Shown here: positions 29,461 through 42,579 of the stretch, one piece after another
How the letters are laid out: every line of letters starts with the position of its first letter
Position numbering within the stretch: the first letter of the stretch is position 1
Assembly: GCF_006345805.1 (NCBI RefSeq)
Contig: NC_043016.1
Location: 25,792,001-25,856,000, forward strand
Direction of reading: 5' to 3'
Length of the DNA: 64,000 bases
DNA from: Octopus sinensis
Lineage: Eukaryota
Made by a program: the position numbers and the translations under genes
Notes under the pieces: generated by a model
Seen by the model: only the letters and a program-made list of their open reading frames with translations
Told to the model about the DNA's origin: nothing
Database searches by the model: none

Positions 29461-30684
29461 GCTACAATGGCCAACGAAGCAAGAATGCAAAAATGTCAAT
29501 GTAAAAGATTTGTGAAAGTTAATAGTCTCATGCTAAAAGTTTACCTAGTGAAGATCTTCAGGAGTTAGGACAGCATCACATCAGGAAGGAGCCTAAAGAC
29601 TCTGCCACAGATTCCCAGACTGGATGTTGTGTGTTTATTGAGCGAAAACACCTAAAGCTTCACAAGGCTATGGCAGGGGGTGGTGGCGACCTCTGTTGTA
29701 CTCTTTCACCCCCTACTTTCTCTCACTCTTTCTTCTTGTTTCTGGAGTAACACTGCAATGGACTGGCATCCCGTTCAGCTGGGGGGGGGGGGAACACATG
29801 TGCCACAGAAACCGGGCCCATGAGCCTGGCTAGGCTTGAAAAGGGTGCATAAATAAAAATAATGGTTGCTGGTGCAATGTAAAATGCACTGGTGTTGGTG
29901 CCAAGTAAAAAGCACCCAGTACACTTTGTAAAGTGGTTGGTATTAGGAAAGGCATCCAGTTATAGAAACCAAGCCAAAACTGACTTTGGAACTTGGTGTG
30001 TCCTTTGGCCTTGCTAGTTCCTGTAAAGCCATTCAGCATAAAAAATGGATGTTATATGTTGATGATGATGATGATAACCTGAGTTGGCCAACACTGCAAT
30101 AAATTAGGGCCAAGTGTTCTGGATACGATATCATGCTACTGTGAACTGCTTCATGAGAGAAGTCTCAAGAAGATGCAGACAATATTAAATGTGTTCTTTG
30201 AAAAGCAATCAGCATGTTGGTATGAGACAAGAACCACAAGCTGTACCTTCATCGCAAATATAGCATCTTCTGTCATATTTCATACTGCCATGTTTCAAAT
30301 TTTTAATTAATAGTTCCCAGCTTAACTGTGTGGTTAAGAAGTTCGCTTAGCAACCATTTTGTTTTGGTTTCAGTCTGACTGTGTGGCTTTTGGGGCATGT
30401 CTTTTAATATAGCGTTGGGCCAACCAATGTCTTGTGAGTAAATTATGTGGAAGTCCATCATGTATACTTGTGTGTATGTGGTGGGGGGTTATGTTTGTAT
30501 TTGCCCCTCACCTCCAAATACTTGACAATCACTTGTTGGTTTGTTAACATTCCTGTAACTTAGTGGTTTGCCAAGAGACCTATGACATCAGTATCAGGCT
30601 TAATGGAAACAAATGAGTACTGGGATCGATTTGTTCAGCTAAACCCTCAATGGCAGTACCCCAACCAACAGTCCAATAATTTAA

Positions 30685-30905
30685 CCCTTTAGTTTTAAAA
30701 CCAGCCATATCTGACCAAAATAATCTGCCTGTATTATCTTCAAGCTGAGCAGATCTGGCCTCTCACTCTTACCCTACAATATTATTCTAAAAATAAACAA
30801 TCACATCATTGAAAAGCTCCAAGCTACAAGATAATGCATGACTAATTCATATCAGTGTGAATAAATAAGCACTGGATTTGATAGAGGAATCCGAATGCTA
30901 AAGGG
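30685..30905. mobile_element. piggyBac-type MITE inserted into the tail of an old family A SINE (about 30315-30930)
   Basis: Perfect TTAA|CCCTTTAG...CTAAAGGG|TTAA termini. Confidence 0.85.
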
Positions 30906-31074
30906 TTAAATAAGTAAAAGATAAAGAATAATTAAGTAGTGATTAAAATAGATTGATTTAACCTCTTTAATTATTTTATGACTGGAGTGCCATCTCTCCC
31001 ACTTCTTTCAAATGCACCTGCAATCTACATGTTCTATATGCCCATAATTCATTTATTTTATGTGTTTCACCTGT

Positions 31075-31371
31075 GGAGGCACATGGCCTAGTGGTTAGAG
31101 CAGCGGACTCGCGGTTGAGGGATCGTGGGTTCGAATCTCAGACCGGGTGATGTGTGTGCTTATGAGCGAAACACCTAAGTTCCACACTGCTCCGGCAGAA
31201 GGTAATGGTGAACTTCTGCTGACTCTTTCATCACAACTTTCTCTCACTCTTTCCTCCTGCATCTTGCAGCTCACCAGCAACGGACTGGCATCCCATCCAG
31301 GTGGGGAACCTATATGCCAAGGAAACTGGAAAACTGGCCCTATGAGCCAGGCATGGCTCGAGAAGGAACAA
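31075..31371 (+). mobile_element. tRNA-derived SINE, 'family D', full length with a decayed TSD
   Basis: A box TGGCCTAGTGG, B box GGTTCGAATCT; ATGTGtTtCACCT / ATGTGcTaCACCT flanks; related copies at 29610-29850 (+) and 45040-45415 (-). Confidence 0.85.
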
Positions 31372-31803
31372 ACATGTGCTACACCTAACCTGGAGACCCT
31401 TCTTGCTTTTCCTGTGCTGTCACATCTGTCCTTTCCTCCAATGCCAACGACACTTTCCTCACTGGATCCTATTACTATTGCTTCCACATAATCAACTTTG
31501 TGTGTGTGTGTAGACACAATATGGAGAAATGGTTAAGAGATTCACTTTCAGATCACAACTTATTTCTTTGCTGCCCACAAGGGGCTACACACAGAGGGGA
31601 CAAACAAACGGATCAAGTCGATTATATCAACCCCAGTGTGTAACTGGTACTTATTTAATTGACCCCGAAAGGATGAAAGGCAGAGTCCACAACTAATACA
31701 TTTCAATTTCACAAGTTGCTTTTGTTGCAGCATCAACTGAAATTGTCTCATGGGTGGAACTAGATAAATGGAACTTGTATGGAAGCTCACGAAATGATGG
31801 ATT

Positions 31804-33366
31804 CATCATCATCATCATCATCATTTAACGTCCGCTTTCCATGCTAGCATGGGTTGGACGGTTCAACTGGGGTCTGGGGAGCCCGAAAGCTGCACCAGTC
31901 CAGTCAGATCTGGCAGTGTTTCTACAGCTGGATGCCCTTCCTAATGCCAACCACTCCGAGAGTGTAGTGGGTGATTTTATGTGCCACTGACACAGGTGCC
32001 AGACGAGGCTGGCAAACGGCCACGCTCGGATGGTGTTTTTATGTGCCACGACACAGGTGCCAGACGAGGCTGGCAGACGGCCACGCTCGGATGGTGTTTT
32101 TATGTGCCACCGACACAGGTGCCAGACGAGGCTGGCAGACGGCCACGCTCGGATGGTGTTTTTATGTGCCACCGACACAGGTGCCAGATGAGGCTGGCAA
32201 ACGGCCACGATCGGATGGTGCTTGTTACGTGCCCACAGCACGGAGGCCAGTCGATGCGGTACTGGTATGGCCACGTTCGGATGGTTTTCTTATGTGCCAC
32301 GTGCCACCGGCACTGGTACCACAAGATACAAATTCCATTGATGTTCATCTATTTTGATTTGTTTTGATTTTCACTTGCCTCAACAGGTCTTCACAAGTGT
32401 CACAAGAAGGAGGTATGCACAGGTGGACTGACTACGTCCCAGGTAGGGGCATGGGTTATGGCCTGACTAGTCTTGCCGGGTCTTCGGATGGTGTTTTTAT
32501 GTGCCACCGACACAGGTGCTAGATGAGGCTGGCGAACGGCCACGATCGGATGGTGTTTGTCATGTGCCCACCACACTGACTACGGCACTGATGGATTTCT
32601 TGTGTGCCACAGGCACTGGTACCACAAGATACAAATTCCATTGATGTTCATCTATTTTGTCTATTTTGATTTGATTTGATTTTCACTTGCCTCAACCGGT
32701 CTTCACAAGTGTCACAAGAAGGAAGGTATGCACAGGTGGACTGACTAGTCTTGCCGGGTCTTCAGAAGGTGTTTTTATGTGCCACCGACACAGGTGCCAG
32801 ATGAGGCTGGCGAACGGCCATGATCGGATGGTGTTTGTTACGTGCCCACAGCACGGAGGCCGGTCGATGCGGAACTGGCTACGGCCACGTTCGGATGGTT
32901 CTCTTGTGTGCCACCGGCACTGGTACCACAAAGTGTGTGCCACCGGCACTGGTACCACAAGGATACAGATTCCATTGATGTTCATCTATTTTGATTTGTT
33001 TTGATTTGATTTTCACTTGCCTCAACAGGTCTTCACAAGTGTCACAAGAAGGAAGGTATGCACAGGTGGACTGACTACGTCCCAGGTAGGGGCCATGGGT
33101 TATGGCCTGACTAGTCTTGCCGGGTCTTCGGCAAGACTAGTCAGGCCATAACCCATGGCCCCTACCTGGGACGTAGTCAGTCCACCTGTGCATACCTTCC
33201 TTCTTGTGACACTTGTGAAGACCTGTTGAGGCAAGTGAAAATCAAATCAAAACAAATCAAAATAGATGAACATCAATGGAATCTGTATCCTTGTGGTACC
33301 AGTGCCGGTGGCACACACTTTGTGGTACCAGTGCCGGTGGCACACAAGAGAACCATCCGAACGTGG
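31804..33366 (-). mobile_element. 5'-truncated RTE LINE 3'UTR insertion with internal tandem amplification and a terminal 482-bp palindrome
   Basis: (CAT)n tail plus TTTAACGTCCGCTTTCCATGCTAGC matches the 3' end of the LINE at 56.6 kb; TGGATT flanks both ends. Confidence 0.9.
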
Positions 33367-33582
33367 ATTGTGCTTAAAATTCAATGATACAAACTTGTCA
33401 CATGTGTCAAGCTGATTCTAATTGAGAATTATAAGAATACACCTATCTTGGAATTCTCAATCATTCATATTCCAATTCAATCAACCTTAGTTGGTCATAT
33501 TGCTAAAAACTTGTGACACTAATCTTGACTGAGACCCATTATTATTATTATACACACACATATTTGTATACACCTGTATGCA

Positions 33583-33624
<42 letters not shown>

Positions 33625-33939
33625 ATATATATGTCTGTATGTGTGTATTTCATATGTCAATTCAATTTGTGTATAAACTCTGTAGTTTGTTTCACAAAGG
33701 TCATAGACAAGTGCCAGCTAACAAATGCTCTCATACAGTGAGATTGATTGTATCTCTGGGTATACATTAGGAATTCTGTATTATCCATAGAATATATATT
33801 TATATATATATATATATAGGTTAGAGTAGAGAGAAGGTCAAACAATTAGTCAATGCAGGTCAAGGACATATGATTTCATTTCATTTACAAATTTAGCTAC
33901 ATAACGAATGGCAAAAGTAGTAAAAAATGGTAAAGATAG

Positions 33940-34030
33940 TCTCTGACAGCTGTTTTGGGGATATCCCAGCTACTGGAGCATTGTATCAAATGAAGACTCT
34001 ATAAGCTGGATATTCTGTCATCAGAGAAAT
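33940..34030 (-). ncRNA. Decayed minimal type I hammerhead ribozyme
   Basis: Minus strand: TCT CTGATGA [long stem II] aAAAC AGCT GTC AGA; G12 changed to A. Confidence 0.55.
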
Positions 34031-34423
34031 ATTAGTTAGATAGTGGAAGAATGTTCCTCATTAATGATATTTGTTGTGGTTCATTATATCCAAGAGAGTA
34101 GGAGGATCCAATTAAATCCAGTTGGATTGGGTCTTCTTTGGATAAATCGATGATCAGAAAGAATGGCTAAGTGGCACACCATGGTGAGGAGAAGAAAAGA
34201 ATTGTTATGCAGTACGCTATATTGAAGGAAGATGAAATTGAATGCCAGCATATCCAGTATTGTGCATGGAATAAAGATAAGGTAAAAGGTGACACACCTG
34301 TTTGAGCATTCAGAAGGCATACCTATTGTTTGTGTCATGCTGACATAAACTTTTTCTATATGTATGTATGTGTGCATGTGTAATATATATTATATTATAT
34401 ATATATATATTATATATATATAT

Positions 34424-34499
<76 letters not shown>

Positions 34500-34501
<2 letters not shown>

Positions 34502-34692
34502 GCACCTGTGTCGTTGGCACATAAAATCACCCACTACACTCTCGGAGTGGTTGGCGTTAGGAAGGGCATCCAGCTGTAGAAACACTGCCAGATCTGACTG
34601 GCCTGGTGCAGCCTTCGGGCTCCCCAGACCCCAGTTGAACCGTCCAACCCATGCTAGCATGGAAAGCGGATGTTAAATGATGATGATGATGA
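34500..34692 (+). mobile_element. RTE LINE 3' tail fragment with (GAT)n
   Basis: Near reverse complement of 31805-32000. Confidence 0.85.
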
Positions 34693-34721
34693 TATGTGTG
34701 TGTGTGTGTGTATATATGTAT

Positions 34722-36000
34722 ATCATCATCATCATCATCATCATCATTTAAAATCCATTGTCCATGCTGACATAAGTTGGACGGTTTGACCAGGTCTGGT
34801 AAGCTGGAAGGCTGCACCAGACTCCAGTCTGATTTGGCATGGTCTTCTATGGCTGGATGCCATTCCTAATGCCAACCATTCTGAGAGCATAATAGGTGCT
34901 TTTACATGTCACTGGCATGGGTGCCATTTGCATGACTCCGGTATCTGCCATGACTGCGATTTTGCTCGGCTTGATGAATCATCTTCTCAAGCATGACATA
35001 ATACCAAATGTCTCCGTCACTGCCTCTGTGAGACCCAACTCTCAAAAAGAACTCAGCCACTTTGCCTCCCTGAGGCCCAGTGCTCGAAAGGAGCTCAGCC
35101 TCTTTGCCTCTGTGAGGCCTAACACTTGAAAGGTGCTCTTTATGTGCCACCAGCACAGGTGCCAGTTACGTGACACCAACATCGGCCATGTCTATGATTT
35201 CGCTTGGCCTGATGGGTCTTCGGAAGCACAGCATAGTGTCAATGGTCTTGGTCACTAGTCATTACCTCTGTGAGGCTCAAAGTTCAAAGATCATGCTTCA
35301 CCACTTCATCCCATGTTTTCCTGGGTCTACCTCTACCACTGTTTCCCTCCTCAGTTAGAGATCAGCACTTCTTTACACAGCTGTCCTCATTCTTACACAT
35401 CACATGACCATACCAGTGTAGTCGTCTCACTTGCATACCACATCTGATGCCTCTTATGCCCAACTTTTCTGTCAAGATGCTTACTCTCTGTCAGACATGC
35501 ACACTGACATTGCACATCCAGTGAAGCATACTGGCTTCATTTTTTCATACCTATTTATGTCCTTGGCTGTCACAGCCTATGTTTCACTACCATGTAGCAT
35601 AGCTGTTTGCACACAGGCATCATACAATCTACCTTTCCCTCTGAGAGAGATGCCCTTTGTTGCCAGCAGAGGTAGGAGTTCTCTAAACTTTGTCCAGCCT
35701 AATCTTCTTCTCACAGCTGATCACTTAGACAATGGAAGCTATCTACTACCTCTAGCTTGTTCCCCTGGCAATTGATGGGGTCTATTTTCTGCACACTTTC
35801 AGCGTTTATTGTACCTGTGCATCTTCCACGTATAAAAGCTAGTTTTCTCTAATATTGCTGCATCTTTTATGTGTCCAAAGCTTACATCAGGTGCATCTGA
35901 TGGAGTTTCTACCTAAGCCTTTTCTACAGATTGAGTAGAGCCATCTACTTGAAGGGATTTATGATTTGTCTGCCTTCCTACTTACTAAGACTTTGGTAAG
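34722..36000 (-). mobile_element. Older truncated RTE LINE (3'UTR plus RT C-terminus, with remnant of the Cys/His finger)
   Basis: Colinear with 56552-57850; remnant SICRKG...CKLWTHKRCSNI; many stops. Confidence 0.8.
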
Positions 36001-36055
36001 ACTTTTCTATATATATATGGTAAATGGAAGATGGAAGATACAGGAATTTTTATTA

Positions 36056-36161
36056 ATCATGACAATTATTTTGACACATCTAACATTGATCCCTCACAGG
36101 TGGGATACTTAACAACTGGTTCAGGAGCATCTGACAGTGCAGATGTGTCTCTTTGGATGAT
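36056..36161 (-). ncRNA. Decayed minimal type I hammerhead ribozyme
   Basis: Minus strand: stem I ATCAT/ATGAT, core CcaAAGA, perfect 9-bp stem II GACACATCT/AGATGTGTC, aAAAt AATT GTC, then AATAAA. Confidence 0.5.
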
Positions 36162-36746
36162 AAATAGATATAACTTGTTAAAATAACAATTCTGCAATGT
36201 ATCTTCTCATTTCATGTAAAGAAAAGCAACAAAACAATGGATATATCTTCATTTATATAGATAAAAAAATGAAGTGACAGGTTTGTGTTTGTGTTTGTGT
36301 GTGTGTGATTGTGCGTATACATATATGTATATATATGTATGTGTGTATATATATGTATGTGTGTGTTTGTGTGTATATATATATATATGTGTGTTTGTGT
36401 GTATATATATATGTGTGTGTGTGTGTGTGTGCATGTGTGTGTATGTGTGTGGTACACCAAGGCAATACTGGCGTCCTCTCAACAATTAGCCAGAGATGAT
36501 TTTTAAAATAAGAATATGTGAAATAAACTTGACTGCTCTCACAAACGAAAATACTAAAAATGAAACCCACCACTCTAAAAAAATAAGTAAAAAAAAAAGC
36601 AGGAAAAATAATCCAGAATCCTAACCACACAGCCATGATGCATACACACACACACCACACACACATTATGTCCACTTTCCATGCTTGCATGGTTTGGACG
36701 ATTTGAAATGGAACTGGCCAGTGGGGCATTGTCCAGATTTCAATAC

Positions 36747-36781
<35 letters not shown>

Positions 36782-37238
36782 ATATTATTATTATTATTAT
36801 TATTATCATTATTATTATTATTATTATTTATATCTTTTTAATATATTATTGAAAAGAAGTTTTCATTAAGATTGCCATCTCTCCATCACTGTAATTTTAT
36901 TCAACCCAGTCGGATAAAATGTCAAGTTTCCTCCTGTGTGATTTGAACATTGAAACTTTCATGTGTGAAACTAAAAAAGAAAAAAGTAAAAAGAATAAAA
37001 ACAAAAGTAAATTAATAAAACCCGGATCAAGTTCTGTAGTTGAAGGATCTTTCCTTTTTTTTTTTTACATGTAGGCAAAATAACTTCTTAGAACCATGGG
37101 TCAACTACCAGCATAACAAAACCAGTATATGACTGGTTCCACTGGTATCAACCTATATCATGCATGAAAGGCAAAGATGCCAAGCTGGACTGTTGTCACC
37201 AACAACATTATTATTATTATTATTAATATTATTATCAA

Positions 37239-37667
37239 GGCAGCAAGCTGGCAAAATCATTAGCATGCTGGGCAAATTGCTTAGCGGCATTTCATTGGTC
37301 TTTACGTTCTGAGTTCAAATTCCACAAGGTTGTCTTTGCCTTTTATCCTTTTGGGGTTGTTAAATTAAGTACCAGTTGAATACTGGGGTTGATGTAACCG
37401 ACTAGTAATCTCCCCAAAAATCTGAGGCCTTGTGCCTTCAGTAAAAAGGTTTAAAGGCAGAAAGCTGATAAAACTGTTAGCACACCGGGCAAAATGCTTA
37501 GCTGCATTTGGTCTGTGTGCATGTTCAGGGTTCAAATTCCACAGGTTGAGTTTGTCTTTCATTCTTTCGGGGTTGATAAAATAAGTACCAGTTGAGTACT
37601 GGAGTTGATGAAATCAACTGACTCCATCCCTAAAATATCAGGACTTGTGCCTAAAGTAGAAAGGATT
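37239..37667 (+). mobile_element. Two tandem family B SINEs
   Basis: Two complete modules between (ATT)n tracts. Confidence 0.8.
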
Positions 37668-37691
37668 ATCATTATTATTATTATTATTATT

Positions 37692-37897
37692 GAGTGAGAG
37701 AGCAGTGCATGCCATCAAAGTGACACTGGGGTAAAATATACGAAGCCCAGTATACCCATCATGACCACCAGTCTGATAAGGGTACACTAGGCACATGCAT
37801 CACAACCATATGTGCACGAGATGGTGATCTCATATCAAGATAAACAGCACATGACCTTGCAGGGGCCTAGTTAGAATTTTCTTCTGGTCGAGTAACC

Positions 37898-37944
<47 letters not shown>

Positions 37945-38614
37945 GAAGGCGCATGGCTCAGTGGTTAGAGCATCGAGCTTACGATCGTGAGGTTGTGAGC
38001 TCGATCCCAGACTGGGCTGCGTGTTGTGTTCTTGAGCAAGACACTTTATTTCACGTTGCTCCAGTTCACTCAGCTGTAGAAATGAGTTGCGACGTCACGG
38101 GTAAAATATATGAAGCCCAGTATACCCATCATGACCACCAATCTGATAAGGGTACACCAGGCACATGCATCACAACCATATGTGTGTGACATGGTGATCT
38201 CATATCAAGATAAAAAGCACATGACCTTGCAGGTGGGGCCCAGTTAGAATTTTCTTCTGGTCAAGTAGCCCGTCCTGCTGAAAAGGTCCCTGAATAAAGG
38301 TTGTTTAAGGATGCTGAATGAAACACTCATGTTTCCAGAGGTGAATTATTCAAACTCCGAAGAATCCCTCTCAACACATGGCTATGATGCTCTCCCACTA
38401 CTTCTACTCGTGATCAGAGATGCACATATCATCAGCCACCAAGGGACATGCTCAACTGGTTAAGGTCAAACAACTGACAAGCAAATCTGTGGTATTAAGC
38501 AGAATATTTGCTATAGCCCATCTTTTATACCAAGACAAAACAATGTACATGATAACACTTCCAATCAGTTAAGATCAAAAGCCATGAGAGGCACTGTCTG
38601 ATAGTGCATCAGGG

Positions 38615-38617
<3 letters not shown>
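37692..38617. mobile_element. (ATT)n-embedded non-coding repeat, partly duplicated (37718-37895 matches 38099-38270), with a family C SINE head (37948-38097) between the copies
   Basis: Direct repeat visible; every outer junction is in an (ATT)n tract. Confidence 0.65.
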
Positions 38618-38672
<55 letters not shown>

Positions 38673-39048
38673 GATACAATGTGAAACTTTTACATTGGCC
38701 TGAGTGCATTAATGCAAGTGTGTATATGTACACATGCAGGCACACACACACACTCACACACACACACACACACAGATATATCATATATAATTATCATATA
38801 ATATAGGAAACTTGAAAATTCATTACTTTTTGCTTTTGCTTTGATTTATTTCTTTTTCCTGTTTTATATTTTCCTGTTCTGTTTTTGATAGATTTATTTG
38901 CAGTCACCATTGAAATTTGAGAGTTACTGTTGCTAGGCAACAGTGGTTGAACGAATCAGCCATGTGGAAGCTAACTGCATTTTACAACCTTGGAAATGCT
39001 GGCCAACCAACTGAACCTGCCTAAATACAACTGTTACATCCTGGTGGT

Positions 39049-39362
39049 CATCATCATCATCATCATCATCATTGTTTAACTTCCATTTTCCATACTAGCA
39101 TGGGTTGGATGGTTCGACCAGGGTCTGGGAAGTCAGGAGGCTGCACCAGGCTCCAGTCTGATCTGGGAATGTTTCTACAGCTGGATGCCCTTTCTAACGC
39201 CAACCACTCCGCGAGTGTAGTGGGTGCTTTTTACGTGCCACCGGCACAGGTGCCAGGGGAGGCTGGAAGTGGCCACGATCAGTTGGTGCTTTTTACGTGC
39301 CACCGGCACAGGTATCACAACTGCAATTTCCATTTGATTTTTATTTTGATGTTGATTGATAT
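39049..39362 (-). mobile_element. RTE LINE 3'UTR fragment
   Basis: (CAT)n tail and CTGGATGCCCTT...GCCAACCAC motif. Confidence 0.85.
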
Positions 39363-41715
39363 TTTCTATTCCAGTACTACAGAGATCTGTGACATAGTGA
39401 TTAAGTTGTGGTACTAATGAAAACTGTGAGGTCATCGATTCAGTCACTGGAACAGGTGGCATGGACATTGTGCCCTTGAGCAAGGCACTTCACTTATAAT
39501 GTTCCAATTCACTCAACTGAAAACGAGGAGGTGGCTTTTGGCCAGGTGTCGAGAGGCTAAAAGTATGATAAAGAGACAAATACAATTTTCTTGCTTTTGA
39601 GTACATATATGGTTACCTGACATTATACAAGGGTGAGTATGAAGTATGCTAACATTGAGGACAATACCAATGATATCATCAACCGTTTCAATACTACTAT
39701 TACCGCAATAACTATTGTCAAAACTTTGGGTGGATCATACTGCTAATAAATACAGGTACCGGTTGTAATTCAGTTCAGTTTCAGTCGTTGTTAATGAATC
39801 AGTTTATTAAATATTGATTAGATTGTGAAACTAATCACAAATCACTAGTTAATAAGTTCACAGAAATGGCAGTTTAAAAGTGTTGAGAAATACAAAAACA
39901 GTCTCTTTTAAAAAGTTGTTCAAATGTGAATATAGCTATGAATTATCATCATCACAATCATTTGATGTCTGTTTTCCATTGCTGGCATGGGTTGGACTTT
40001 GACAAGATATCTGGTAAGCTGCAGCACTGTGTTGAACTCCAGTGTCAGATTTGGCATGGTTTCTATGACTGGATACACTTCCCAATGCCAACCACTTTAC
40101 AGTGTGAGTGAGGTACTTTTCTCATGCCACTGAAAACTAGTGGGGTCACCAAGTATATTGCAAAAAAAAAAGGAAGAAAAAAAAAAGCAGAAAAGAAAAT
40201 TTAAAAACCACTTGATTAAGTGTGTGGTACATATATTGGAAAGTGGGTAGCTTTTTGCCAGGTGTTGAGCGCCTAAAATATGATAAAGGGACAAGCATAA
40301 GTTTATTTCTCTAGAGTAGATACATGGCTACCCCACATTATACAAGGGTGAGTAGTAGTATGTGGGAAGAAGATGAAGAAGATAAAGATGGTAGATGGTG
40401 TACCAGAACAAACTCTCAGGCTACCAGAAGGTGAGCATAAGAGAGTATATTGTCAGTGGATGGAGGTGAGGGGGAAAATCCAAATCCAGTAGAAGGCTTT
40501 TAGTCTTTTTCCCATAGAAGAGGTTCACAGTTCAAGTCTTGTGGGTGGCTGTCTGCCATTTTCCCCATCCAAGGTTTTTTTTATTTAACTGGGAACCACA
40601 TGACCCTTGGGGGTCCATGTAAGATTTTGTTGTTTAAGTTTATGTGCAATAAATTAGTTCTACTTCTACAAAACACAAAATATTTTAATAATTATTCTTA
40701 TGCAATTCCTACTAATATTTAGTTATAAAAATATAATAGGATTTTTTAAACATTGAATTCAAATCCTGCAGAGGTTGACTTTGCCTTTCATCCTTTCGGG
40801 GTCGAAGAAATAAGTACCAATTGAGCACTGTGGATCAATGCAATTGATTTAGTCACAAATTTCAGGCCTTGTACCTATAAGAGAAAGAATCATTATCTTT
40901 ACTATTTATACATGTATATATATAAATATATATGAGTATGTATGTATGTATATATGTATGTATACGCACACACATACACACACTCACACTCACACACACT
41001 CACACACAGAAACATATATATCCACACACACACGCATACACACATACATACACACACACACACATATGTATGTATATTGTATTATTTTCCTTCTAGGTGT
41101 GCATCAGCCCTGTTCATCACTCACTACATTCACCTCTGCATCACCAACTTTATATAACTCCCCCCTCCTTCCCCCTCATGCTCCACTGACCATGTCCAGT
41201 CTAGCCTTTTAAGGGTTTGCTTTGGCACCCCCATCACCACCATCTTTATCTTCTTCTCAGCTACTCCCACCTACTCTTATATAATGCAGGGTAGTCATAT
41301 ACCTTCTCTCTAGCAAGACACCTGTGCTTGTCCCTCTATTATGCTTTAACCTACCCATCAACACCTGGCACAAAGCCACTTCTCTCCACTTCTGAAATAC
41401 TCTTCCATCCCTCTACTTAGCCAAGAGGCTTTTTATTTCCCCCTTTTTTAAAAAAAATTACTTGTTCTTTTTCTATCTTGTATGTTAAGGTCAGTGGTAA
41501 GTTACTTGGCAACCTACTAGGTACCAATGGCATGAAAAACGAACCTAGTACACACTAAGTTGATTGCTGTTAGGATGAGCATTTAGCTGGAGATAACATG
41601 CAAAGCTGACTACAGAACTTGACACAGTCTTGCAGCTTACCAGATCCTGTCAAGCTATCAATCCCAAGCCTGCTTGGAAAATTGGAGTCAAATGAAATAT
41701 ATATATATATATATC

Positions 41716-42075
41716 CTTTACTCCTTTACTTGTTTCAGTCATTTGACTGAAGCCATGCTGGAGCACCACCTTTTAGTCGAGCAAATCGACCACAGGACTT
41801 ATTCTTTGTAAGCCTAGTACTTATTCTATCGGTCTCTTTTGCTGAACTACCAAATTACAAGAACGTAAACACACCAGCATCGGTTGTCAAGCAATGTTGG
41901 GGGTACAAACACAGACACACAAACATATATACACACACATATATATATACATATATACGACTGGCTTCTTTCAGTTTCCGTCTACCAAATCAACTCACAA
42001 GGCTTTGGTCGGCCCAAGGTTATAGTAGAAGACACTTGCACAAGGTGCCATGCAGTGGAACTGAACTCCTGCACC

Positions 42076-42076
<1 letters not shown>
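41716..42076 (-). mobile_element. Family A SINE with a deletion in the head
   Basis: Reverse-complement match to family A. Confidence 0.85.
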
Positions 42077-42107
<31 letters not shown>

Positions 42108-42579
42108 AGGCCATACAACATATGTACTATGTATGGTCACTAAGCCATACATCTTCACATGTGGCATATATACATATATACATACACACATGCATGCACA
42201 CACACACACACATATATACATACATACACACATGTGTGTAAGTACATATATATATGCCACATGTGAGGATGCACGGTCTAGTGGTTAGGGTGTTGCGCTC
42301 ACTATCACAAGATCATGATTTCAATTCCTAGACCAGGTAGCATGTTGTGTTCTTAAGCAAAACACTTCATCTCATGTTGATCTGAGATCACTTCAGGACA
42401 GGACGTGTGGTACACAGTGCACCTGTTCAGGCAATGTTGATTTGTTGGAGAGAATGAGCTTAATGTACAGCACATACATTTGATCACTGTAAACAAATCA
42501 TTTGTGCAAGTTGTTAGCAAAAGCTGAACTCTCATACATCATCTTCAACAAGAGAACCCATTATGTATATATATATGTA

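Noticed and set aside
31075-31150. tRNA-like sequence with A and B boxes (also 3485, 37948, 54123)
   Set aside because: No complete acceptor stem; it continues into a multi-copy body with a TSD, so it is a SINE head rather than a tRNA gene.
31979-32225. Regularly spaced ~60-bp repeats resembling a CRISPR array
   Set aside because: Whole units are repeated with no unique spacers, they lie in a LINE 3'UTR, the context is eukaryotic and there are no cas genes.
31825-33004. Overlapping 100-150 aa ORFs with WHLCRWH/MCHRHRC repeats
   Set aside because: Products of the GC-rich tandem 3'UTR repeat; open in several frames on both strands.
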